A stretch of 64,000 bases of DNA. It comes from Acidobacteriota bacterium (GTDB taxonomy: Bacteria; Acidobacteriota; UBA6911; RPQK01; JAJDTT01). The stretch covers positions 5,568,001 to 5,632,000 of the forward strand of contig CBDCJH010000002.1 in assembly GCA_965217775.1 (NCBI GenBank). Direction: 5' to 3'. Position numbers and translations under genes: made by a program. Below the pieces are notes generated by a model. The model saw only the letters and a program-made list of their open reading frames with translations. It had not been told where the DNA came from and made no database searches. Positions 38,650 through 47,869 of this stretch are shown piece after piece. Position 1 is the stretch's first letter, and each line of letters opens with the position of its first letter.

Positions 38650-40839
38650 TCACCCGATGGTCAACACCCCTGCTCCGTAGGCCGGCAAGCGGACGCTGAG
38701 CGATACGGTGTCGCCGCGGCGGGCCAGTGACACCGGCTTGGGATCCTCGCCTTCCACGAAGAGCGACCCGGTGGTTCCGACCGATCTGCCGAGGGTCTCG
38801 GGAGAGAGCGAGACCTTCACCGTGCTCGGCCGGGGCCGGCCATTGGCCAGAGTCGCCGCAACACCGCCGGGCGACGTATAGACGTAGCCCTTGCCCCCCT
38901 CCACTTGCAGGCCGCGGTCGTCGCGAAACTGTCCATGACTCACAAAGGGCGCAGTGGCCTTGCGCAATCGCGCCAGACGGGCGACCTGCGCGGCGAGGTC
39001 CGGGTCGTCCGAGAGCAGCCCCGTCATGTCTTGAGTGGCGATGGCCATGTAGCTGCCCAGGCCAAAGGCGTCGGCGATGACGTCACGCTGGTTCTCGTCA
39101 ATGCACCAGCAGGGGACCATCGAGGGCAGGACGTACCGAAAGACATGCAGCAGGTCTTCCTCAGGCTTGCGCCAGCCCCAGATCCACCACAGGTCGATAT
39201 GCTGAGTGTTGTAGAGATCCGGAAGCTCGGCGAGGGTGTAGCTGCCGGGGTGTCGTTCCCGGGTCGTGCGAGTGAGTTCGGCATACCATTTGTAGGTGCG
39301 GTCCCACGCCTCCCACGGCGAGGCATGGCCGTGGTCGCGCGAAAGGCAGTAGTTCCACTCCGACGCCTGGTCGATGGAAATCATGTCGAAGCCGAGATCG
39401 AGGGTGCGCTCGAGGACCCGGCGCGCGAACGGAAGGAATCCATCCGCGCCGCAGCAGACGGCATGCGACCCCATTTCGTAGCCGGGATCGTTGTACCAGC
39501 CGCCGTCCAATGTTCCGCACGGAAAACCGAATATGGGGATGCCGAACAGACTCTGCTGGACCAGCGGCTTCAGCTCCTCCCAGGAGCTGTTGTATTCCAC
39601 CGCCAGGCGATAGTTCGTATAGGAGGTGAGGGAACAGCCGAGACGCCGCAACTCCTTCACGGCACGCCGCAGCGCGGCTTCCCGGTCAGCCGACATCTCC
39701 CAGAAGCTGCCGCGGTCCGGCCGGTAATACACCGACGCGGTGTGATCCCAGATCATGAGGTCGCTCACGCCGTACTTCATCGAATCTTTGGCGATGGCGG
39801 GAAGCTCGGAGAAATCGTGGTAACGCTCGCCCGAGGGCCCGTGGGTATGAATGTGGAACAGCCCGATCTTTTCCCGCAGCGCGGGGGGCGTGTCGCAGGG
39901 TTTCCACCATCCCGACAACCAGTCCCGGAGGCGGTCGGCCGTGGCATGCCAGTCGCCCTGGTGGACCCCCACCCCAAACTCGCAACTGGTCCAGGTCTCC
40001 CCCGGCTCGACAAACACGCCTGTGGCCCAGGTCCAGGTCAGGGAGATCTCCCGGGTGACGTAAAGAGCGTTCTCGAATACGAGGATGTGCGGCGAGGGGC
40101 GCTGCTCGTACTTGATGAAGGAGAGGCCGCCGCCGTCGTAGCTCAAATCCATCATCGGCAACTGATGGATCGGAACTTCGCCCAGCCGCAGGTGATGGTG
40201 TCCGAACGAATGGGTGCTGGTCCCCATCTCGGCGATTGTGGCGTAGATGTCGGGGTACAGTTTCTTGCTGGTGGTGATCAGATCGCGGGACTGACCAGGC
40301 TTGGCCAGGCGTCCGCCGATCCAGGGGAACCACATTTCGTGGACGCGAAAGGGACTCTCGTTGCGGATCTCGGCCGTGAAGAGGGCCTCCGAACTGCCTT
40401 CGGGCAGGCGCACCCGTACGGTCAGGAACACGCCGTACTTCCGGCCGCGAAACTGTAGCTCCGGAAAGTCGATCTCGAGCTGATCGCCGTTTCGGTTCAG
40501 GGACGGCCTTCCCGCCTGGTGCGACCTCAACGGCACCGAGTTGTGTTCGGGCGTCGGCACTACCAGCTTCGCCAGCCGGTGTCCGCGCGGGTCGTTCAGA
40601 TATTGCCGGCCCGTCTTGCGGTCGGTGATCTGGAGCAGGCTCCCAGTCCCCTCGTCGAACTCGAAACTCACCAGTCCGTTGTCCAGTAGCGTGACGGGCG
40701 GATTCACCTGCACGCCGGCGCCGCGCTCCGGCGTCCTCGGTCCCGGCGCAACTCCTGCAGCGGCACGACCCTCCACCAACCCGTAGGCTCCGGTCCCACC
40801 GGCGATCTTCATCAGTTCTCTGCGGTTGATCCTGGACAT
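38650..40839 (-). CDS. Tat-exported DUF6259-like (GH-like) protein
   Basis: NRRELMK twin-arginine leader; HQGDWHATADR motif; barrel-like C-half. Confidence 0.7.
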   Translation of the reverse strand: MSRINRRELMKIAGGTGAYGLVEGRAAAGVAPGPRTPERGAGVQVNPPVTLLDNGLVSFEFDEGTGSLLQITDRKTGRQYLNDPRGHRLAKLVVPTPEHNSVPLRSHQAGRPSLNRNGDQLEIDFPELQFRGRKYGVFLTVRVRLPEGSSEALFTAEIRNESPFRVHEMWFPWIGGRLAKPGQSRDLITTSKKLYPDIYATIAEMGTSTHSFGHHHLRLGEVPIHQLPMMDLSYDGGGLSFIKYEQRPSPHILVFENALYVTREISLTWTWATGVFVEPGETWTSCEFGVGVHQGDWHATADRLRDWLSGWWKPCDTPPALREKIGLFHIHTHGPSGERYHDFSELPAIAKDSMKYGVSDLMIWDHTASVYYRPDRGSFWEMSADREAALRRAVKELRRLGCSLTSYTNYRLAVEYNSSWEELKPLVQQSLFGIPIFGFPCGTLDGGWYNDPGYEMGSHAVCCGADGFLPFARRVLERTLDLGFDMISIDQASEWNYCLSRDHGHASPWEAWDRTYKWYAELTRTTRERHPGSYTLAELPDLYNTQHIDLWWIWGWRKPEEDLLHVFRYVLPSMVPCWCIDENQRDVIADAFGLGSYMAIATQDMTGLLSDDPDLAAQVARLARLRKATAPFVSHGQFRDDRGLQVEGGKGYVYTSPGGVAATLANGRPRPSTVKVSLSPETLGRSVGTTGSLFVEGEDPKPVSLARRGDTVSLSVRLPAYGAGVLTIG

Positions 40840-41062
40840 GCGGCACCCCCCTTTATGACATAGATTATCCTCGGTTATTCTGACGAATGAAAGAGCAGAT
40901 TATTAATTTAAATTAATCGGGAAGGAGCGCGTATCGGTTGTAATGATTTTGTCGAATCCGAATTAAAGGGGATTGCAACCAACATATTTTCGGTTTCGTT
41001 GGAAGCCGTTCCAATATGCATCTATTAAATATGCATATGTAACTATATATCGTCGTAACGTA

Positions 41063-41091
41063 TTGACGTTATGTCGATGATGTATCATAAT
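41063..41091 (+). promoter_or_regulatory. Sigma70 promoter TTGACG-N17-CATAAT, 7 nt before ATG 41099 (possibly leaderless)
   Basis: Direct motif match; no Shine-Dalgarno before 41099. Confidence 0.6.
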
Positions 41092-41098
41092 TCCCACT

Positions 41099-44000
41099 AT
41101 GCCCAGGAAACGTCGGGGCGCCCGCAACCGGCAGAGGAAGAGAAGACGAGTTCAAACGACCTCTGCGAAAAGGCGTCCGAGCGTCCGCAAGACCCGCCCA
41201 CAATCCGCACCGGAGAAACGGTCACCGGAACGAAGGCCCAAGAGTCTCTACCTGGGAATGTCAGTCCTGGGCGCGGTTGTGGCAATCGGGGCACTCTATT
41301 TCTTCAAGGATCGAGGTGAGCCCTTTCCCGGCAGGGTCTGGTCACAGGAGTACACGATCCCTCCCAGGAATCTGCCGCTGGGCGACGTGGAGAAGGCCTT
41401 GAAGAAAGTTCCGGAAGGGGCTGACGAATGGGATTCCGAAGAGGTGGACGTCGAGATCGAGAACAGGCTCCAGGAATTCGCCAGTGTGCTCAAGGGCGAA
41501 TCGGGTGCCGAATCGTTTCTGCCCGGGTTTCTCGGTTCCGACTTCAAAGGGACGCCGCTGGAGCCGTCAGCCACCCGGAAGGTCAAGGCTGAGGAGGGGT
41601 TGGAGATCTTCCGAGGCGAGCCGGACAGCGAGGAAAGAGTCACGGCGGCGGCGTTTCCGTCAGAGATCGCAAAGTTATTGCGTGAAGCCGCACGGATAGA
41701 AGACGTGAAATTCAAGGTGACGAGGATCGAATCGCCCCGGCTTCCGGGATCGACCGTCGTCAGCGACGTCAAATACACCATTCTGGGTCTGGACAAGGCC
41801 GGCGAATCCTTGCAGTGGATGGGAGACTGGCAACTCGACTGGCAAAAGGACCACTTGGGCCAATGGAAGCTCTCACGGCTGAAAGCTCTGTCCACTTCGC
41901 AAGGACGGAGTGTCCGCAACGCCTTCATGGAGGTCACTCAGCGGGCGCTGGGGAAGAACGACTCCTACCGGCAACAGCTTCTGCTGGGAGTCGAGTATTG
42001 GCAGGGAATCCTCGACTACGTCGCCGGAATGGACATCTATGGTCACAACGGCGTCTCGATTGCCGATATCGACGACGACGGCGACGAGGATTTCCATGTC
42101 TCTCAGCCGGCGGGCCTACCCAATCTGCTGTTTCGCAACCAGGGAGACGGAACCTTTCTGGACGTCACCGAAAAGGCGGGAGTCGACGTCCTGGACAATA
42201 CGGCGTCCAGTTTTTTTGCCGACACGGACAACGACGGGGATCCGGACCTCATCCTCATTGGCGCCAGCTCACTGCTTTTTCACAACGACGGCTCCGGCCG
42301 CTTCCGGCTGGCTCCCGATTCCGGGTTCGAGGCGATCGATGACACCGGCGGGAGCAAAGTGTCCGCTGCCGTGGCCGACTACGACCTGGACGGACATCTG
42401 GACATTTATGTCTGCTCATACGCCTTTTGGCAGGGACAGGAAGAACTGGGCAATTATCCCTTTCCCTACCACGACGCCAACAACGGCGCCCCCAACATCC
42501 TCTTGCGGAACCAGGGGAACGGGTCGTTCCGCGACGTCACCCGGCGATCCGGAATAGATCAGAATAATCTGCGTTACAGTTTTGCCGCGGCGTGGGGGGA
42601 TTACAACGGCGACCGATATCCGGACCTGTACGTCGCCAACGACTTCGGCCGCAACAACCTCTATCGAAACAACGGTGACGGCACCTTTACCGACGTGGCC
42701 CGAGAGGCGGGAGTGGAAGATATCGGAGCGGGAATGAGCGCGGCTTGGGAGGACTATGACAACGACGGCCGCCTGGACCTCTACGTGGGAAACATGTGGT
42801 CGTCGGCGGGTCAGCGGATCACTTCACTGCAGCAGTTCCAGACCCAGCGGCCGCAAGAGGAGATCCGGAGCTATCGACGCCATGCCAAGGGCAACTCCCT
42901 GTTCGCAAATCGGGGTGACGGAACGTTCGAGGAAGTCGGCGCCCAAGCGGACGTCGAGTTGGGCCGGTGGGCCTGGAGCAGCGATTTCTTCGATTTCGAC
43001 AATGACGGTCATGAAGACCTGTACGTGGTGAACGGCTTCATCACCAACGAAGACACGAAGGACCTCTGAAGCTTCCTCTGGCGGCAGGTCGTGTCGCAAT
43101 CGCCATCGCAGGATGCCGTCGCTTCCGCCCCGTCCGGAGCGCGGATCGGCTCCGAATACCGGAATGGGTGGGACGCGGTGAACTTGCTGATCCGGCAAGG
43201 CGGATCCCTGAGTGCGCGCGAGACCAACAATTTCTATATCAACTGCGGCGACGGAACCTTTGCCGACGCCTCGGGCATCACGGGACTGGACTTTCCCGAA
43301 GACGGACGTGCCTTCGCCACCGGCGATCTCGACCAGGACGGCGACCTGGATCTCATTCTAAAGAATCGAAATTCGCCGCAGCTCCGGCTGTTGCGGAATC
43401 AGGGCGGGAGCGGCTACAACGCGGCCAGTTTCGATCTCAGGGGCACGCGCAGCAACCGGGACGCCGTCGGAGCGAGAATCACCATCGAGACCGACGCGGG
43501 CTCCAGGTCGAAATTCGTCAAGATCGGATCGGGTTTCCTGTCCCAGAGTTCTCGCCGGGTCTGGTTCGGACTGGGGAACCAAGAAGGGATCCGGCAAGTC
43601 AAGATCGATTGGCCCAGCGGGGAAGTCCAGACTCTTCGTGATCTACCGGCCAACCACCGGATCGTGATCGTCGAGGGGGTGGGCAGAACGGAGACCATTC
43701 CTTTTCGGTCTTCCCAGCAGGAGGACGCCAGGGCGGGCGACGCGAGGGAAGCGCCTGCTGGTGATCCTCCGCTATACAGTGGAACCTGGCTGCTGGAGAA
43801 ACTTGCCGCCCCCAAGTTCCGGTTGCCCAGCGTGAATGGAAGGCATTATGGCTTGGGCATGTACCAGGGCCGCCGGGTGTTGTTGAATTTCTGGGCGACC
43901 TGGTGCCCGCCGTGCCGGGAAGAGTTGCGCGACCTGCGATCCCATCGGGAGGATCTGAAAGACCTCGGCGCCACGATTCTGGCGATCTCCGTCGATGATC

Positions 44001-45181
44001 CTTCAGACCGCGCGAAGGTACGAGAGTACGCCCGGCAGGAAGAGCTCCCGTTCCCGATCCTGCTTGCCGACGAGGACGTCATCGCTGCGTACAACCTGGT
44101 CAATCGCTTCCTGTTTGAAAAAATACGCGACTTGGCCGTACCCACCTCCATGCTTCTGGACCGGGACGGGAACATCGTCAAAATCTACCGGGGCAGAGTT
44201 CCCGCCCGGCAGATCATCCGGGACATTCAGAATATCCCTCGATCCGAAGAAGAGCTGGTCCGGGCGGCCTTTCCTTTTCCGGGTCAAACCTTCGGCATGG
44301 AATTCGTCCGGGACTACACGGTGATTGCGGACGCATTCCGAAGGGCCGGACTCAACGACCAGGCGGCGGATTACTACCAGCACCAGCTACTGGAGCAGGG
44401 CCACGACACGCCCCAATCGTGGAACAGCCTCGGGCTCCTCCATGAACGTGAGGGTAAGTTGGTCCAGGCTCGTGAGGCCTACGAGAAGGCCCTCCGTCTG
44501 AATCCCGACTACGCGGACAGCCACAACAATCTCGGCGCGATTCACTTGAAAGCGGGGGAAATCGACAAGGCCGTAGACAGCTACCGAACTGCCGGCCGCC
44601 TGGCTCCCTGGTCAGCCGACGTCCAGAACAACCTCGGCCATGCGCTGGTGGAGAAGGGTCTGTTCGGGGAGGCCATCCGGGCGTACCGGCGGGCCCATGA
44701 GATCGACGGTCAGGCTCCTCAGCCGCTGATCAACCTTGGAAACACTTACCTTAAAATGAAGCGTTTTCAAGACGCGATCTCAGCATACGGCAAGGTCTTG
44801 CAGATTTTTCCGGATTCCGCGGATATCCATCACAACCTGGGTTTCGCGTATCTGGAGTCAGGGCGACTCGACGACGCTTTGGCGTCGTTCGACAGTGCGC
44901 TTCGGCTTCGGCCTCAATACGCAAGCGCCCATAACAACAAGGGGACGGTCTTTTTGCGAAAGGGCAGGTTTGAAGAGGCGGGACGTGCGTTCAAGGGGGC
45001 GATCCAGGTCGAATCCGGGTTCAGGGCCGCCTACATCAACCTTGCCATGACGCACCTTCGAGCAAACGAAATTGAAAAAGCCGTGGACGTGCTCCGCCGC
45101 CTGCTCAAGGTGAATCCGGACGATCCCATGGCGCTGGACCTATTGGCACAGATCGAGCAAGTGAAGTCCTCGGCACCGTAG
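41099..45181 (+). CDS. Putative selenoprotein: TM - FG-GAP propeller - Sec - ASPIC/UnbV - TlpA/AhpC-like redoxin (WCPPC) - TPR; ~1360 aa with TGA 43067-69 read through
   Basis: Both ORFs share a frame; junction reads EDTKDL*SFLWRQVVSQSP; the stop falls inside the propeller; SECIS-like hairpin 11 nt downstream. Confidence 0.72.
43067..43097 (+). promoter_or_regulatory. In-frame UGA plus bacterial SECIS-like hairpin
   Basis: UGA-AGCUUCCUCUG (11 nt)-GCGGCA[GGUCG]UGUCGC; 6-bp stem with one G-U pair and a G-rich loop. Confidence 0.68.
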
Positions 45182-45246
45182 AAGGAAAACCGCAGGAGCT
45201 GGTCAGATCCTGCTCGATCGTCCGGCTCCGCGGTGAGAAACGCGGG

Positions 45247-45633
45247 TCAGCGCGATTCGTCGTGGGTCTCGAACTCGGCCGGCATGGTGATCTCCAGGAC
45301 CTGCCAGTCGTCGGAGTATTCCAGCACCTGATGTTTGATCCCGGGCGGCTGGTACCAGGCGTCTCCCGCCTCCACGCGGATCTCGCCGATATCTTCGAAG
45401 TAGAGCAGCGCCCAGCCCTGGATCAGGTAGACCATCTGGAATTCCAGATCGTGTGAGTGGTAGTCCATGGGGCCCCCGGACGGTTGCTCGGCCCGGATGA
45501 CGTGCGCCAGCACCCTGCCTTCGGTGGCATCCTTGATTCCCAGGTCCCGGTAGGCGAAATAGGGCCGCAGGTCCCTGCCCCACCGGGCATCCTTTGCATG
45601 CGCCGCAAATGATTGGGTCCGCTTGTCGGTCAT
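45247..45633 (-). CDS. Cupin domain protein
   Basis: YHSHDLEFQMVYLIQG, GDAWYQPPGIKH. Confidence 0.88.
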   Translation of the reverse strand: MTDKRTQSFAAHAKDARWGRDLRPYFAYRDLGIKDATEGRVLAHVIRAEQPSGGPMDYHSHDLEFQMVYLIQGWALLYFEDIGEIRVEAGDAWYQPPGIKHQVLEYSDDWQVLEITMPAEFETHDESR

Positions 45634-45765
45634 GGAACAACTCCTTTTTCGGTATCGTCAGCCGATTCTACGGGGCACCGATGGTAGCTGCAAGTTCCCA
45701 AGTTCTTGCAATACAGCGACTTCGATCTCTTCAGGAACTTCTATTCTCCGCTCGCATTGCGACCC

Positions 45766-46836
45766 TTACGCGTCGAGGACCACTCGTTCCGCACGGCCGC
45801 CGCCCGCCGACCGGTAGGCCGCCTCCAGCAACTCCACGGTGCGCGCGGAGATCTCTCCCGGCGACCAGTTCTCCCGGCTCCGGCCGAGGATCAGATCGAT
45901 GAACCGGTTGGGCGGACCGTCGCAGGCGTAGTCCCCCTCGCCCAGCTCGACCTCCAGCTCGAAATTGTCGCCGTCGTGGCGGTGGATGGTCAGGTGCTCA
46001 TGAAAGAGATCGAGACTCAACTCCCCCTCGCTGCCGTAGATGCGGATGTCCATCTCATGCTTGGGCTTGCTGGAGGGCTGGGTTCCGGCGGCGGAAATGG
46101 TCGCGATGGAGCCGTTGTCGAACTTGGCCACGATGGCGTCGTACATCTCGACCGGCGCGCCGGCTCCACTCATGTAGGCGAACACCTCGCTGCCGCGCAG
46201 GCCCGTGAGCCAGAACAGGATCGCCACGCTGTGAGACAACTGGGAGTATCCCTGCCCGCCGCCGGCGAGATCGGGATCACTGTAGAAGGCTTCGGGGTCG
46301 GGGATATTTTCCATGGGATAGGGCCATTTCTGTCCCATGTAGAGAGCCCGCAGGGCCGAGCCCATGTGGCACACGACGTACTCGACTTCGCCGACCGCTC
46401 CCTGATCCATCCTCTCTTTGGCGGCGACGACCATGCGGTTGTAGTGCCAGCCGGTGGGAATGGAGAGCGCCAACCCGTTCGCTTTTGCCGTCTCCACCAG
46501 GTCCCAGGCCTCGGCGGCCCGTAATGCCATGGGCTTCTCCACCAAGACGTGACGGCCCGACTCGAGGCTGGCCTTGGATTGCTCGTAATGGAATCCGTGA
46601 GGAGAGGCGATCACCACCGCGTCGATGGGCTGTTCGAGCAGTTCGCGGTAATCGGCCGTGGCGTAGGGGAAGCCGAATCTCCTCACCGCCAAGTCCCGCG
46701 AGTCCTTCGTGGGCGTGGCGACGCCCGCCAACACCACGTCCTCATGGGCCTGCAAAACAGGCATGTGATTCGTCTGCGCCCAGTTTCCCGCGCCGATGAA
46801 TCCCACTCGGACCTTTTGACTCGTCGCTGATGTCAT
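45766..46836 (-). CDS. Gfo/Idh/MocA family oxidoreductase
   Basis: VGFIGAG, DAVVIASPHGFH, HVLVEKPMA. Confidence 0.92.
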   Translation of the reverse strand: MTSATSQKVRVGFIGAGNWAQTNHMPVLQAHEDVVLAGVATPTKDSRDLAVRRFGFPYATADYRELLEQPIDAVVIASPHGFHYEQSKASLESGRHVLVEKPMALRAAEAWDLVETAKANGLALSIPTGWHYNRMVVAAKERMDQGAVGEVEYVVCHMGSALRALYMGQKWPYPMENIPDPEAFYSDPDLAGGGQGYSQLSHSVAILFWLTGLRGSEVFAYMSGAGAPVEMYDAIVAKFDNGSIATISAAGTQPSSKPKHEMDIRIYGSEGELSLDLFHEHLTIHRHDGDNFELEVELGEGDYACDGPPNRFIDLILGRSRENWSPGEISARTVELLEAAYRSAGGGRAERVVLDA

Positions 46837-46852
46837 AATTCTATTGCCTCTA

Positions 46853-46954
46853 GGAGGGGGGACATTCCTGTCCCCCAGTCTTCATTCCCAACCTTTCACG
46901 TTCGCATTGCCAAACGACACCCTCCAGTGTTCGGCGACAAGAAAGCTGCCGCTT
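46853..46954. repeat. Inverted REP doublet
   Basis: GGAG-GGGGGAC-ATTCCT-GTCCCCC (+, 46853..46876) and degenerate AAGCGGCAGCTTTCTTGTCGCCGA (-, 46931..46954). Confidence 0.65.
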
Positions 46955-47030
46955 GTCTGTTTAAATAAAGAAATTACATCGTTGATTCCAGAGCCGGTTC
47001 GTGGACGCAGGCTCGAAAACTCTAGTTTCC

Positions 47031-47774
47031 CTATCCGTCGATGACACCTTTCTCTTGCAATCTGCCAACCGCATTCTCCATAGACCTATCGCCCTTCACC
47101 TTATTGCACGCCGAACAGAGTAGTTGGAGATTAGAGATCTTGTCGATACGCTTCTTTTTCTTAGGTAGGATGTGGTCTTTTTCCAGATTCCTCAGCGGGA
47201 AATCATGAGCGCACAAGACGCACTTTCCATTCTGTTGTTCGTAGAGGTACTTGGCGATTTTCTCGTCGCCCATCCAAGGATGCCATTGAGCCATCTTGCC
47301 GCTTGGCGCGTGCAGGTAGATTCTCCCCCTGATATGCGACTCCGTGTGGACGTAGAAGTACCCATCACTCGTCGACCTGGCCCATCCGCCCGACTCGACG
47401 AAGGCATCCTCTTCTACGAGTCCCCTCTTCGTGGCGATATTCGCGGCGCGCAGGAATCTTTTCCGATACCGCCCAACATCATCGGACTTCGCTATTGCCT
47501 TGCCCAATCGCGTATCGGGTAGGCTGTGTCTTGGCGGGTCTGGCTTGTCGGGACTCAATGACGAAGTCTTCAGCCATCGGGCGACTCGGTTCCCGTCAAG
47601 GTGGTGATAGTAGTATTTGGTCACTCGAGCCCATCCTGCGATTTCCTCAAAGACTTCCACCTGCTGACCTCGATATAGTCGGTTGACTACCTCGGCATCC
47701 TCGGAAGGAGCAAGATGTTCGCTCGCAACTTCGTCCCTGACGAATGCCGCGGGAGCTTGGTGCTGTCTGTTCAT
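47031..47774 (-). CDS. SH3b-like domain + HNH endonuclease fusion
   Basis: N-terminal VVNRLYRGQQVEVFEEIAGWARV; C-terminal CVLC..DHILP..NLQLLCSACNKVKG; start ATG 47774 with AAGGA RBS. Confidence 0.75.
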   Translation of the reverse strand: MNRQHQAPAAFVRDEVASEHLAPSEDAEVVNRLYRGQQVEVFEEIAGWARVTKYYYHHLDGNRVARWLKTSSLSPDKPDPPRHSLPDTRLGKAIAKSDDVGRYRKRFLRAANIATKRGLVEEDAFVESGGWARSTSDGYFYVHTESHIRGRIYLHAPSGKMAQWHPWMGDEKIAKYLYEQQNGKCVLCAHDFPLRNLEKDHILPKKKKRIDKISNLQLLCSACNKVKGDRSMENAVGRLQEKGVIDG

Positions 47775-47869
47775 TCCTTTTTTCCTTGCGCTCAGATGTT
47801 GATGCCGGTGCCTATGAACACGTCCGCTTGCGTCCTCGCTCCGGCCGGCGGTTAGGAAACCGCCGCTCC

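Noticed and set aside
31496-40458. Long antisense ORFs 31496..33103, 33364..35193, 36277..37440 and 38905..40458
   Set aside because: Each mirrors a well-supported gene on the other strand
43067-43069. Genome-wide TGA reassignment (genetic code 4 or 25)
   Set aside because: Many genes here end correctly at TGA (TBDR C-terminal Phe, ATGA overlaps) and long ORFs lack internal TGA
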